Below are positions 1-11,121 of a DNA stretch of 64,000 nucleotides, piece by piece. How positions within the stretch are numbered: position 1 is the first letter of the stretch; each line of letters starts with the position of its first letter. A model generated the notes under the pieces. That model was not told the DNA's origin and searched no databases. It worked only from the letters and a program-made list of their open reading frames with translations. The stretch is from Ignavibacteriota bacterium (lineage in GTDB: Bacteria; Bacteroidota; Ignavibacteria; UBA10030; CAVZMI01), in contig CAVZMI010000021.1 of NCBI GenBank assembly GCA_963776275.1, positions 160,001 to 224,000 on the forward strand, written 5' to 3'. A program made the translations under genes and the position numbers.

Positions 1-475
1 GAGAGAATCCTATTAACGGAGATTGGATCCGACCTTCATCGCTGACAATGCGAGGACCATATATTGAAACTGATGGATACTTGATGAATATTTTATAACA
101 ATCCTCCAACAAATGAATGAATTGGTGAAATCCAAAAAGTACATCATTATTTGTAACAACGGCATATTTTATCCCTGGATACTTCTGTCGAACGAATCCG
201 AGTCCAACGTTGATGCCATATGCATATCCGCCATTTTTTTTACTCCTGATGACTTTAATATGATCATACCGTTCTGTAAACGAACTCAGTTCATCGAAAG
301 AGTCATTCGGTGAATCATTATCTACGATGACTATAATAATTCTTTTATCTTCAATGAGATTATTTATTTTTAGGTATCCAATTGTATTTTCCCAGGAAAA
401 GTAATTAACTATTACAATACAAAATTTATCGCAAAACTCATGAGAGGAATTGATATCTTGTGTTTGTATTTCCAT
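1..475 (-). CDS. GT2-family glycosyltransferase (3' end runs off the window)
   Basis: Absent from the ORF track. Manual translation from ATG at 475: MEIQTQ...CIVIVNYFS...IVIVDNDSPNDS...NGGYAYGINVG...VVTNND, open to position 1. Confidence 0.85.
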   Translation of the reverse strand, partial: MEIQTQDINSSHEFCDKFCIVIVNYFSWENTIGYLKINNLIEDKRIIIVIVDNDSPNDSFDELSSFTERYDHIKVIRSKKNGGYAYGINVGLGFVRQKYPGIKYAVVTNNDVLFGFHQFIHLLEDCYKIFIKYPSVSIYGPRIVSDEGRIQSPLIGFS

Positions 476-495
476 TTTTATTCAGATTTAATTCG

Positions 496-1323
496 TTATC
501 TTTTCTCTGCAATGATGATGTCTTGAAAGCTAAGGTATTTCTTTCTTCCACACCAGGAACCGTACTGTATCGGCTCAATAATCCGCATTTCACTTTTTTT
601 ATAAAAGTTTTTTACAAAATCTTGGTCATACAACACTGCAGATTCAGGTTTTTTTCGGATATTGTCCAATAGCCTTTCCCTGTATGACTGAAGTCGAGCC
701 TACTTAGTTTCTGCTCTATTAGCTCCCGAGACTCATCGTTTCTTAGAAAAAATGTGATAAGCGTCTTCCCTTTATTCTTAAGCACCCGCGTGACTTCCGA
801 GAAGTAGTTTTCCATATCAGGCGGGAGCATATGGGTAAAAACAGAAGTCAGGAATACGAAGTCGAAAGATTCATTTGGAAACGGAAATCGATATTCCGAT
901 GCATGACAGCTCCCGGCGGGATTATACCATTTGTTATAGACGTTCAGCATGCTGAAAATGGAAGTTGGTATATCGCCTGGATATCATTTTATTGCACCAT
1001 TCTATACTGCGGGGGATGATATCAAATCCCTCGTAATTACCGACGGTCAATAAATTTGTAAGTGGAACGGCTATTCTACCAATTCCGCATCCGACTTCGA
1101 GTACACGATGGTTTGGTTTTAATCCACCAAGTTCAACAAAATATTTAAAGAACCCATCTCCCGTTTTTTTGAAATCTCCGTCGCCGACAGGCATAAGCCT
1201 TCGCGGAGGTGTGAGTGCGTTACGTCTCCCTAATAATGCGTCCGTGATATCTTGGGGGAGATAATAAAGAGCCTTTAAAGTTGTTTTAGACTGACGCTTG
1301 ATTATCTCTACGTTAACAGTCAC
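496..1323 (-). CDS. Class I SAM-dependent methyltransferase, split by two frameshifts (~945, ~648)
   Basis: VLEVGCGIGR motif in ORF 934-1323; FDFVFLTSVFTH in ORF 612-950; a third frame gives PESAVLYDQ...YGSWCGR...FQDIIIAEKR* ending at 496. Confidence 0.85.
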
Positions 1324-1384
1324 GATGACCTCCGTTTGAATATTGCATTCTCTCGATCCTTTTTTGAAAGTAGATGACTTTGTA

Positions 1385-1610
1385 CTATATCATTACAAAT
1401 AGATATGTGAAAAATGGATATGCATTCCAACCATTGGATCCGGTCGCAATAAGCACAATTCTAGTGAACTCATTTCTCAATAATGGCATGCTAGTATCAA
1501 CAGTATGATTGTCAACAATGATGATTATATATTTCGGACAGTTTATTTTTAAAAAAAGGCCTTTGCAGAAATTGATCTATTACCCATCTAATTAAATAAT
1601 AGTGAATCCA
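1385..1610 (-). pseudogene. Degenerate GT2 N-terminal fragment
   Basis: LKINCPKYIIIIVDNHTVDTSMPLLRNEFTRIVLIATGSNG aligns by eye with LQKISYPRSKVVVVDNASVDGTVEAVRMEF of the GT2 at 37247-38074; stops upstream, truncated downstream. Confidence 0.6.
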
Positions 1611-1612
1611 CA

Positions 1613-2587
1613 CTACCGTCCCCCTTTTTTCCGCAATAAAAAGATTGCTTGGTCCCCCAATTTTTTCTCGTTTAACTCCTTTGCAGTATTTTGATAGTGC
1701 TTTATCTGTTCCTTTTTAAAAATACTATTTCTTCTATTACAATAGAACGATTGAGGTGAATGGAGTGGAATGTTATGCATATTCTGTTCGCTCCCCCAAA
1801 ACTGTAAATCCGATGAATCAAAAATGGTCTCTGAAATATTAAAAGATGTCTGTTCCGCCAGAAGCGAAAAACTCTTGAGTGAATGAAGATAAAAATGCCG
1901 GGGCGCATCAAATTGTATCCACCGAACTCCGTAGTTTTGCCAAGCCCACGACGAGACAATTGGAATTCTAATCATACACACTCCATCATTATCCAACAAA
2001 TCAAATACTTTCTTCAGTGTTTCCTTTTGTTCTTTAATATGTTCAAATGAATGATGAAACATTATGAGGTCCCACTTTCCCTGCACCTCAAAGATATAAC
2101 TCTTCTGTATAGTGAGCCCGTTGCGATATTCTATAGTATTATCAATATAAGGATCAACACCTGTTGTATAATTAAACCCCAATTCTCTTAGTTTGAAGAG
2201 TAAATTGCCACTACCGCAACCGACATCCAGAATCCGCATTGTTTTTGCCGGATTCACAGTCCGTAAGGAATATAATGCTTCCTGTGGATGGTTTTTATAA
2301 AGAAATTTTCCGACTAGTGATTTGCCAAAAACAGCGTAGGAATCTCGTTTCTTACTTAAATATAGACGAATAATATTGTTCGTATCGCTTGATGTGAATC
2401 CTGAATAATCTTTCGGATAATACTTTCTCATATCCTTTGGAATTTCAACAATCTGCACACAGTCACATTCAGAACATTCACAATACTCGAATTTCTCTTT
2501 TAAGCCATAGAGACGTTCCTCTGCAATATGGATTTTGTTCCGAGAGGAATTACCGCAAATGGTACAGGTCATTCTGATTTCCGACAT
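1613..2587 (-). CDS. Class I SAM-dependent methyltransferase with Cys-rich N-terminus
   Basis: ILDVGCGSG, HHSFEH, DAPRH motifs; CTIC...CSEC putative zinc site. Confidence 0.9.
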   Translation of the reverse strand: MSEIRMTCTICGNSSRNKIHIAEERLYGLKEKFEYCECSECDCVQIVEIPKDMRKYYPKDYSGFTSSDTNNIIRLYLSKKRDSYAVFGKSLVGKFLYKNHPQEALYSLRTVNPAKTMRILDVGCGSGNLLFKLRELGFNYTTGVDPYIDNTIEYRNGLTIQKSYIFEVQGKWDLIMFHHSFEHIKEQKETLKKVFDLLDNDGVCMIRIPIVSSWAWQNYGVRWIQFDAPRHFYLHSLKSFSLLAEQTSFNISETIFDSSDLQFWGSEQNMHNIPLHSPQSFYCNRRNSIFKKEQIKHYQNTAKELNEKKLGDQAIFLLRKKGGR

Positions 2588-2604
2588 AGCGTGATGAGAT
2601 ACAA

Positions 2605-3897
2605 TTATGTGATATAACTATGTATATTCAATGATTTTGGTGGTGGTTGAATAGCAGTACGATCTATCGAAATATACCGTTGAATTACAATGATAAACAC
2701 AAAGTTGAACATCATATCGAGTCGTGTCAACGGGTCGGAGATGATCGAAACAACCAAAATAGAAAATACGACGCAGTACATTGAAAGAGCGACGAGTGTC
2801 GGATTTCGATGGAGTGCGTAGAATATTTCTGAAAATATTAGTCCTAATATGAATGGTATGAACGCTAATCCCAGAAGTCCATAATCGTAATAGTAAGCCC
2901 AAAAGAATGGGAATGTATTATATCCGGAAATGTAATGTGGAAATTTCGTTACGTTAAGATATTCAGCAAGTGTATGTTTGACTCCGGTGAGGGCCGCAAT
3001 AAAATCAAAGGTGAATAAGCCGTAAGTATGATCGATAATTTTGGGTGCCGCATAAACAAAATTTTCAAGATTCATGACGATATACATGTATGGCTCTGTG
3101 AATACTGCGTATCGCACAGGATACTTCATTTGCGATACTGAATAGATATAGTATTCGGCGATATTTGCCAATCGTACGCTCTGAATTGTGACAACAAATG
3201 CCATAACGATGCCAGCCGCAAGAACAAATGTCCGCAACCGTATTCTTCTTTTCGCATAATATATCATACAAAGGATCATCATACTCAGCATGAACATGTT
3301 ATACCGTTGTAACAGAGTAAGAAAACTTGCCGATGCAATGATAAACACTACTGCTAATAATGCCTTCCGGGATTTATTTCCTCTGATAAATATGAAATAC
3401 TCTGCAATAAGAAATAGAATTACGTTAATTCCGTTGACGATCAAATGCACTCCAAATACACCAAATTCCACTCTCGCTCTTTCAGGTCTCGCGGTAAATA
3501 ATGGGAGATATCCCACGATAAGATATTCTACAAAGAAGCAAATACTGTACACGATAAAATACACTATGATGATCCGAAATAGTTTTCTTTCATTGATCTC
3601 CAATTTCGAAAATATCTCCCTGATTACAGAAGGGCAGATAGATATTTTTGAATAATTCATCACAAAGGAAAAATAATTACCGAGTAAGAATGAAATGACC
3701 CCGAGCAACAGAATGAACCATCCCCACGAGTTCCATTCAATCTGCAACCGGCTGAACTTGAATCCGACAAGGAAAAATGCCAGTGACCATATGATCCCGA
3801 AGACTCGTGAAGGTGAAAAAAGATCTGCGCCCTTCCGGAGTCCGCTAAAAATCCAAATCAACAATGCGATAAGCGGTATGAGAGTACTAATGGTCAT
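2605..3897 (-). CDS. wzy: O-antigen/polysaccharide polymerase (Wzy-like)
   Basis: 430 aa multi-pass membrane protein with YNTFPFFWAYYYDYGLLG loop, inside a flippase/GT cluster. Confidence 0.75.
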   Translation of the reverse strand: MTISTLIPLIALLIWIFSGLRKGADLFSPSRVFGIIWSLAFFLVGFKFSRLQIEWNSWGWFILLLGVISFLLGNYFSFVMNYSKISICPSVIREIFSKLEINERKLFRIIIVYFIVYSICFFVEYLIVGYLPLFTARPERARVEFGVFGVHLIVNGINVILFLIAEYFIFIRGNKSRKALLAVVFIIASASFLTLLQRYNMFMLSMMILCMIYYAKRRIRLRTFVLAAGIVMAFVVTIQSVRLANIAEYYIYSVSQMKYPVRYAVFTEPYMYIVMNLENFVYAAPKIIDHTYGLFTFDFIAALTGVKHTLAEYLNVTKFPHYISGYNTFPFFWAYYYDYGLLGLAFIPFILGLIFSEIFYALHRNPTLVALSMYCVVFSILVVSIISDPLTRLDMMFNFVFIIVIQRYISIDRTAIQPPPKSLNIHSYIT

Positions 3898-4805
3898 GGC
3901 GTCGAATAGAATTTTTGACCGTTCCCCATGTAGAAGTTATTTTTTCTATAGTCGATCACTCCGGTTCTGGCAGCTTCATAGAAACTTTTCCTTGTTAATC
4001 TCCAAAGTATTAACTTTACGGAGAGAACACCGATAAAATATAGACGTGCGATAATTCGATTATATCCGCTGCATACTGTGTTAATTAGAAGGAGCCTGTT
4101 TCGGATAGAATAATATGCCTTGAAAGCGCTTTCTTTTTCCCCCAACACTTTATGATAAATTATGGAGTCCGACACATACAGGAGGGAATATCCGTTCTGA
4201 ATGATTCGCTGAGAATATTCGATATCATCGAGGTACATGAAATATCTTTCATCAAGAAAACCGATCTTCTCTATATTGGAGACTCTGAGGAGTACCATGC
4301 ATCCTGTAATAAAAGTCACCGGCTGCGTACTCTGCCGATACACGTATTTTCTGTTCTTATCCACATGAACCGCCAAACCTCTCCATGGAATCATCTTCCC
4401 CGATGCATACCAAATGCTGCGTCTATCATGCTCACATAGTATTGTACCGCACGATGCAGCTGCAGCATTGTCGCGCTCCATTGCGTCAACGAGTTTATCG
4501 AGAAAATCGGGTTCAACGAGCGTATCATTGTTCAATATCAGGATATATTCATAGTGACTCTTTAAAAGATGTCGTATACCATAATTTATTCCACCCGTAT
4601 ATCCTACATTACGAGTCGTCGTAATAATTTCAATATCGTGAAAGGCCCTGCACAAGTTGTCATAGGAATCATCCGTCGAACAATTGTCGACTAGTAGAAT
4701 TTTATAGCTGGGATACGTTATCGAGTGAAGAGAGTGAATGCATTCTATGGTATCCTTAAACCGGTTGTAATTCAATAGAATGATCCCTACCGAAGGCCTA
4801 TTCAT
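3894..4805 (-). CDS. GT2-family glycosyltransferase
   Basis: IILLNYN, VDNCSTD, ILNNDT, GFLDERYFMYLDD motifs. Confidence 0.92.
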   Translation of the reverse strand: MNRPSVGIILLNYNRFKDTIECIHSLHSITYPSYKILLVDNCSTDDSYDNLCRAFHDIEIITTTRNVGYTGGINYGIRHLLKSHYEYILILNNDTLVEPDFLDKLVDAMERDNAAAASCGTILCEHDRRSIWYASGKMIPWRGLAVHVDKNRKYVYRQSTQPVTFITGCMVLLRVSNIEKIGFLDERYFMYLDDIEYSQRIIQNGYSLLYVSDSIIYHKVLGEKESAFKAYYSIRNRLLLINTVCSGYNRIIARLYFIGVLSVKLILWRLTRKSFYEAARTGVIDYRKNNFYMGNGQKFYSTP

Positions 4806-6258
4806 CGCTCATCCCTACAATTTGAACTATCATTTTCCGCTCGCTACCGTCCACCAAACCGAAAATACCATAGAGAACAAATACGACGCACATAATGATA
4901 AAAAGGAATACCGATACCGGCGGGTTGCTCCGTAACGATGTAAAACCAAATATAAAAACAACGGAGAGAAGAAGAGGAAAAACTATTGTCGTTTTCGCAA
5001 CCCACTTCGTACTGCGAGAATAGTAAAGATATGCTCCCAACGCCAATATGTTGCTTATGCATGATGTAACGATCGCCCCCGTTACACCGTATCCCGGAAT
5101 CAATACACAATTCAGGGAGATATTCAGTATCGATACGACAACAACAATTTTGGTACGGATCGATTGTTTCCCTACAATGGTGAGAATCATGGCGATGGGG
5201 GCGGCAGAATACCGAACGATAAAGATCACTGATGAAACCTTCAGAACATTAACGGATAAAGCTAAAAGTTCGGGATTACTGAAAAAATTCTTCCCCCCAT
5301 AGAGAAACATGAGGATGTCTTCCGAAAACGAATACACGAGGACGAAGATCGGAATACTGAGGTAAAACATATATCGAAATGTAATTTTAACAATATGTTC
5401 CCAGATATCTTTTCCTTCATGGTATATCCGGATAACCGTCGGAAACAACGTACTGATGATTAAATCCGGAATCATAAATATTGTTATACTCAATCGAAAA
5501 ACCGATTGATAAATTCCTGCCTGAGTCTCCCCTAGGAAAGCCAATAATAAGATCGTATCGATCTGAAAGTATAAGGTCCCGAATAATAAATCTAATCCAA
5601 ATAGGGATACGAGCTTGAAATCCTGAAAAAGATTTCCGGGACGGAGGTTGATCTTTAACGTTCTTAGAGCCGTCAGATGGTTCAACTGAATATATAATAA
5701 TACGAGGTAAATCAATCGCAGGAGAACGACGGCGACCGCGATATAAATGATATTCAATCCTAAGTATGAAATGATTATGGTCGTCAGCAGCAGGGCCATA
5801 TTCGTTCCAAACGATACTTTCGCTTCAATATCAAAACGTTCCAATCCCTTGAAAACCGAGAACGCCTGACTCGCAAATGTGCCGAAAACGATATTGAGTG
5901 TGAAAATGACAAGAATGATTTTCGTCAAGGCGCTCGAGGGTATCAAGACACCGACGATGATGTAAATTAGTACTGCAAGCAACGTCAAACCAATTTTAAT
6001 CGGAAGGAACCTCGAGATTATTTGGATGATCTGATTATTGTGCTTTGCAATCTCCGACGTGATGAGATAGTCAAAACCAAAATCGGCCAGATTCAAAAAT
6101 AGCAGCGACAGAATATACGATGATGTAAAACTCCCGAAAATCTCTGCGCCGTAATACCTGCCGACAATGATGAACAATAATGAATTGGCTACAAACCTGG
6201 AGATCGACGAAACGACCAGGAACGAAAAATTTTTTCGAATGAGCGATCCGAGTTGCAT
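4798..6258 (-). CDS. wzx: Polysaccharide flippase (Wzx)
   Basis: 486 aa, many TM segments, ADFGFD and AGIYQSVFRL patterns typical of MOP flippases. Confidence 0.88.
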   Translation of the reverse strand: MQLGSLIRKNFSFLVVSSISRFVANSLLFIIVGRYYGAEIFGSFTSSYILSLLFLNLADFGFDYLITSEIAKHNNQIIQIISRFLPIKIGLTLLAVLIYIIVGVLIPSSALTKIILVIFTLNIVFGTFASQAFSVFKGLERFDIEAKVSFGTNMALLLTTIIISYLGLNIIYIAVAVVLLRLIYLVLLYIQLNHLTALRTLKINLRPGNLFQDFKLVSLFGLDLLFGTLYFQIDTILLLAFLGETQAGIYQSVFRLSITIFMIPDLIISTLFPTVIRIYHEGKDIWEHIVKITFRYMFYLSIPIFVLVYSFSEDILMFLYGGKNFFSNPELLALSVNVLKVSSVIFIVRYSAAPIAMILTIVGKQSIRTKIVVVVSILNISLNCVLIPGYGVTGAIVTSCISNILALGAYLYYSRSTKWVAKTTIVFPLLLSVVFIFGFTSLRSNPPVSVFLFIIMCVVFVLYGIFGLVDGSERKMIVQIVGMSDE

Positions 6259-6277
6259 TGAAAAAATAGCCGGTTAA

Positions 6278-7495
6278 TTACTTGCGTTTCAGACGGAGCG
6301 AGTTAAAAATGTATTGGTACTTCTCGGGATGCATCACCTTTAATTTTGTAAAAAGTTCTTTTGTCAAAATAATGAAATACGCGAATCCAAGTGAAAGAAC
6401 AAACGAAACCACCGCATAGATCGTCCCCTTAGGTTTTGCTTTTCTGTCTGCAGGGCCCGCTTTATCCAATACTAACACCGAAGGAGTGTTCCGAACCTCT
6501 TCAATTTTCGCCTGTTCGTACAGGGGTTGAATAAATTCAAGTATTTTATACTGAATTTCAAGATTACGGAATATTTTCAAATACTCATTTCCAAGCACTG
6601 GAGCCGTCTTAAACGGTATGAGTAGCTTGACATCCTTTTGTGATGGATCGGTACCCGAATTAAGCTGATCTATTTTCTTCTGCAACTCGTTCAATTCGAC
6701 CCTGGTATTCGTAGTAACCGGATGATCTATCCCGTATGTCTGCTTTTGAACATTGTATTCAACTTCTTTTTTATAAAGATCTACATAAATGCTTGACATC
6801 GATTTTACTGTGGCCTCAAGTTGTTCCGGAACCGCAATGACCCCATATTTTTCCTGAAACTTCCTCATACCTGTTTCAAGGCTTGTTATATCATCGACAT
6901 TCTGGAAGTAACGTTTTTCTATAAATTCACGGTTTGCTTTCGCGTTGGTAACGCCCAAGGTTGTATTAATTTCGTTCAGCCTATTAACCATATAATTTGC
7001 AATGTCTGCCGCTTTTTGTGGATCCTTGTCGTACACTATTATTGTCAGATTTCCTTCATCCTGAATTTCTAATTCCAAATTCGATTGCCATTCCTTGACT
7101 ACCTTTTCATAATAATCGCTTTCCTTGTCGTACTCTTTTCTCAATTCAAATTTCTTAATTACGTCATCAGTGATAGTTGCACTTTTTAATATTGCGATAT
7201 ATTTATCGGACTCTGAATTACGCCCCGTTAACGCCGCCAAACCTTTACTGGCAGAAAATCCTTTCGCAAGATTCGATATCCCGGAAATTGTCGATAATAA
7301 ATCATTCTTTTCTGCAGGAAGTACAGATGCAGTGGCTTTATACCATTTTGGTGAGAGGAGGGCATACACTGTGACACCAACCGTAATAATTACTACGAAC
7401 AAAAGTAAGAACTTCCTGTACTTTACGGTTATAGTTAAAAACTCAAGGAATGTACTCCCGACTCTTTCTTCGGAGCTTTGATTTTGATCGTTCAT
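6278..7495 (-). CDS. Polysaccharide chain-length determinant/co-polymerase (Wzz/Wzc-like, no kinase domain)
   Basis: N- and C-terminal TM helices, PKWYKATASVLP, coiled-coil middle, VLDKAGPADRKAKPK. Confidence 0.85.
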   Translation of the reverse strand: MNDQNQSSEERVGSTFLEFLTITVKYRKFLLLFVVIITVGVTVYALLSPKWYKATASVLPAEKNDLLSTISGISNLAKGFSASKGLAALTGRNSESDKYIAILKSATITDDVIKKFELRKEYDKESDYYEKVVKEWQSNLELEIQDEGNLTIIVYDKDPQKAADIANYMVNRLNEINTTLGVTNAKANREFIEKRYFQNVDDITSLETGMRKFQEKYGVIAVPEQLEATVKSMSSIYVDLYKKEVEYNVQKQTYGIDHPVTTNTRVELNELQKKIDQLNSGTDPSQKDVKLLIPFKTAPVLGNEYLKIFRNLEIQYKILEFIQPLYEQAKIEEVRNTPSVLVLDKAGPADRKAKPKGTIYAVVSFVLSLGFAYFIILTKELFTKLKVMHPEKYQYIFNSLRLKRK

Positions 7496-7512
7496 CTGTT
7501 CATCCTTAAAAG

Positions 7513-8946
7513 TTATTTCTGGAATTGAATAAATAATAGAATTACGGTCGCTATACTGCCGGCTATTCCAAGAACGTCCCCTATTCTTCTAATATATGTC
7601 CACGTTTTCACAGGAATATTTTTATGAACATAAATATAATCGCCTGGTTCTATTTTTATGTTCCTTTTATCTTTTGTCACCCAGTTCATTTCTTTCCCTT
7701 TTATAATCACTATGTCGTCTTCACCGTCGCGCGCCGTCTCCGCAAGACCCCCGGTTTTTTCTATGTAATAAGTATAATCTTTTTCCGGAACATACTTTAT
7801 ATACCCTACCTTTGCAACCTGACCGAACACGTATACATAATCGAATTTAGCCGGTACTACTATGAGATCACCATCTTGTACATTGAACTTGTTTTCTTCC
7901 GATTCAGGATCGTTCAATTTTGTGAAGTCCACCAAATTCTCAGAACGAAGTATTCGAAGTTCATTATCGACGCTAAAGGAAAGCGAGTCTTCTTCTGAAA
8001 GATTAGCGTGCCGTAACATTTCAAGAACTTTTATTTGGTGTAGTTTTATCCACTGCTCTTCAATATTGGTTGTAAATTGAGATCGCTGCAATATTTCGAT
8101 TGCGTTATAATCTCTGATTATTTCCGCTCGTCTCAGATCGGCATTTACTGTAAAACCGCCGGCTTTACGTATTACTTCGCTGAGAAATGATCCACTTTTA
8201 GCGACATAAATATACCCCTGATACCGAACCTCACCGATTACTCTAACCTTATAATTCTTTCTCTGGTTTTCGTCTGCAAGGATTCTAATTCTATCTCCAC
8301 GTTTTAGCACAATATCGTCCTCAATATTCACGACTATAAGATTTTCCTTGTTTCCTGTGTTATCGAGGCGTGAGATTTCCGCTTTTTCCACATTTTCATA
8401 GGAAGAATTAATCCCTCCTGCAAAAAGAATTGCATCTGAAAGTTTATCACCTTCAACAAACTGAAACTTCGTCGTATTATTCACAGCACCGCTAATTTCA
8501 ACAGTACTTTTTTCGTCATCATAAGCCGGTATAATAATAACATCGTCATTCATTAAATAGGGATTGTATTTGAAATCACCGGTCAAACGAAATTTCAATA
8601 GGTCAACTTTAAATTGATCTCCGTTCGCCCGCTTTAATGTGATATCCCTCAGAGCATATCGATTCATTTCCCTAATAAGTTGATTTCTCGTCGATAATTG
8701 AGTTATCATATTTAACGTTCTGTCCTGCACCTTGGTGAAAAGAGTCGTAATAAAATAATCAAGCCGCTGCATTTTAGACGCCGTGAAGGATCCTGTGATG
8801 ATAAAATCACCTCCTACGGTGACATTAATTGCCTGAACCAATTCTGCTTGAGATCTTCGAAGTGTAGAACTTTCATCCGTTTGGGCCCACATAAAAGCAA
8901 CGGAGAATATACACAACACCAGAAGAATTACACAAAAACGCTTCAT
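7513..8946 (-). CDS. SLBB-repeat polysaccharide export protein (Wza/KpsD-like)
   Basis: Signal peptide MKRFCVILLVL after a GAGG SD; repeated VxGxV...AGG SLBB units. Confidence 0.85.
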   Translation of the reverse strand: MKRFCVILLVLCIFSVAFMWAQTDESSTLRRSQAELVQAINVTVGGDFIITGSFTASKMQRLDYFITTLFTKVQDRTLNMITQLSTRNQLIREMNRYALRDITLKRANGDQFKVDLLKFRLTGDFKYNPYLMNDDVIIIPAYDDEKSTVEISGAVNNTTKFQFVEGDKLSDAILFAGGINSSYENVEKAEISRLDNTGNKENLIVVNIEDDIVLKRGDRIRILADENQRKNYKVRVIGEVRYQGYIYVAKSGSFLSEVIRKAGGFTVNADLRRAEIIRDYNAIEILQRSQFTTNIEEQWIKLHQIKVLEMLRHANLSEEDSLSFSVDNELRILRSENLVDFTKLNDPESEENKFNVQDGDLIVVPAKFDYVYVFGQVAKVGYIKYVPEKDYTYYIEKTGGLAETARDGEDDIVIIKGKEMNWVTKDKRNIKIEPGDYIYVHKNIPVKTWTYIRRIGDVLGIAGSIATVILLFIQFQK

Positions 8947-9332
8947 AATGATGACCTCATAAATATATTGATTATTAGGAAACAACGATTCTGCATCTCG
9001 AGAGTCCCAGGAGAATGACGTTCAAATCATACAGATGAGTTACAACTGAGACCCGGCATTTTCTCCCGTATATATAATAAAATTGCTATTTTTTTAAAGA
9101 CTCCTGCCGCCTTTGGGATCTACCGTGCACAACGGTACCGAAAAACCTCATCGCCCATCTCCTAAGACCACAATTTTCTCCCTGCCGCGACGAACAATCT
9201 TTGCTGCGTTGCGTGTATCAATAATACGATTCGCATTACGTACGATCATGGGATAATTATAGCACGAATGATAAGCCATAATAATAAAAATGCCAGAATA
9301 TGCCGAAGAGCGCTTTATTGATTCATGGGAGT

Positions 9333-10346
9333 TTAACGTTCTTCGTATTGTCGTTTATAATAATTTCGATATTCACCGCTGATAATTCGTTCCCACCATT
9401 TTCGATTGGCAATGTACCAATCCACAGTCTCGGCGATCCCCTTATCAAAAGTGAACGACGGTTCCCACCCCAACTCCGATTTAATCTTCGAAGCATCAAT
9501 TGCATAGCGGCGATCATGTCCCGCCCGATCCTTCACGTAATTTATAAGAGATTCCGGCTTTCCGAGATGGCGGAGTATGGTTCGTACAATTTCTATGTTC
9601 GTCTTTTCATTATTCCCGCCGATATTATATTTTTCTCCACGTTTTCCTTTATGAAGCACACAATCAAGTGCAATACAATGATCTTTCACATGGAGCCAAT
9701 CGCGAACATTCAGCCCATCTCCATATACCGGAAGCGGTCTGTCGTTGAGAGCGTTCGCGATCATTAGAGGAATAAGTTTTTCTGGAAACTGGTATGGGCC
9801 ATAATTATTGGAGCAATTTGTGATGATAACCGGCATTCCGAAAGTATGAAAATACGCGCCAACGATCTGATCCGCAGCCGCTTTGCTCGCCGAATACGGA
9901 CTGTTAGGGTGGTACGGGGTCTTTTCAGTAAATTTATCTGTGGAGCCGAGCGATCCATAGACTTCGTCGGTTGAAACATGGAGGAATTTTTCTATATCGG
10001 TTGCACGTGATACTTCAAGCAAAATATTTGTTCCCACAACATTGGTCTGAACGAATTGCAGCGGTCCCATAATGCTCCGATCAACATGCGACTCAGCTGC
10101 AAGGTGCACCACGGTATCAATAGCATATTTTTTAAATACACTTTCGACTTCATCCCTCGAACAAATATCACCCTTTATGAAACGATAACCGGCGTGATGC
10201 TCGACAGATTGAAGGTTCTCTAAATTACCGGCATACGTCAGCTTGTCGAAGTTTATTATTATGTAATCGGGATGGGCACGCAGCATATGATGAACGAAGT
10301 TACTACCAATAAATCCGGCGCCGCCCGTTACGAGGATGTTTTTCAT
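9333..10346 (-). CDS. rfbB: dTDP-glucose 4,6-dehydratase
   Basis: GGAGFIG, AAESHVDRS, STDEVYG, YSASK, NNYGPYQFPEKLIP. Confidence 0.97.
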   Translation of the reverse strand: MKNILVTGGAGFIGSNFVHHMLRAHPDYIIINFDKLTYAGNLENLQSVEHHAGYRFIKGDICSRDEVESVFKKYAIDTVVHLAAESHVDRSIMGPLQFVQTNVVGTNILLEVSRATDIEKFLHVSTDEVYGSLGSTDKFTEKTPYHPNSPYSASKAAADQIVGAYFHTFGMPVIITNCSNNYGPYQFPEKLIPLMIANALNDRPLPVYGDGLNVRDWLHVKDHCIALDCVLHKGKRGEKYNIGGNNEKTNIEIVRTILRHLGKPESLINYVKDRAGHDRRYAIDASKIKSELGWEPSFTFDKGIAETVDWYIANRKWWERIISGEYRNYYKRQYEER

Positions 10347-10829
10347 TTAGTCAAGCCTGAAAATTGTATCGGGATTGTCTTCGTGGCGGATTTCATCCAC
10401 CGGATCCTTCCTGTCTCGTCCGGCAAACAACCTATTCGGGAAATTCACAACCATTCCGGGTGTCCCACCAATGTTCTTATACGCATGGACTACTCCTGCT
10501 GGTATTAAAACCGATTTAGGGGCGTCCTCGCCTCCAACGAATACCATTTTATGTTGGTATGTAGAGGAGTTTTTTCTATTATCCCATAGATATACCTTGA
10601 AATTTGACGGCCCCAAAAAGCAGAAAAAATCAGCTTGTTCACTATGTTCATGAGGCCCACGATGAATACCTGCGTGAGATATGGAAATATAAGCCATTTC
10701 CGGCCGGAATACTTCATCAAGATTATCCATCCGGAAGAGTTCGCACAACCAACCTCTGGTATCTTTAAATTTCTTCAGATCCCGAATGACTACACCCTCA
10801 ATAGGCTTTTCTATAGACATCAACGCCAT
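10347..10829 (-). CDS. rfbC: dTDP-4-dehydrorhamnose 3,5-epimerase family cupin
   Basis: DTRGWLCELFR, RGPHEH, IPAGVVHAY; adjacent to rfbB. Confidence 0.8.
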   Translation of the reverse strand: MALMSIEKPIEGVVIRDLKKFKDTRGWLCELFRMDNLDEVFRPEMAYISISHAGIHRGPHEHSEQADFFCFLGPSNFKVYLWDNRKNSSTYQHKMVFVGGEDAPKSVLIPAGVVHAYKNIGGTPGMVVNFPNRLFAGRDRKDPVDEIRHEDNPDTIFRLD

Positions 10830-11121
10830 ATCTCTAATTGGAAAATTAAAACAAAAAGTAATGTACGAAACATGTTTTTTAAAGTCAATTCAAGTTATTG
10901 AATTTATTTGGGTTACAGCTATTCCTTGACGGGTAAAAAGTGAAATGAAAAATTTACGCGGTAACAAGAGGAGTAATAGAGCGCCTATTCAGTAAGTCCG
11001 CCAATTGATTTGGATTTATTAGAATGTAAAAAATTAGAAAGTCAAAGTCAATATTGTGAGAAAGAGTCCGATTTTTGAAACAACTTGAGTAATTCAGATG
11101 TTTTTTGTACGTTCCATTGCA

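Noticed and set aside
9100-9190. ops/JUMPStart element upstream of the polysaccharide export gene (GCGGCAGG twice on the minus strand)
   Set aside because: Does not match GGCGGTAG, and no RfaH/UpxY gene is in the window.
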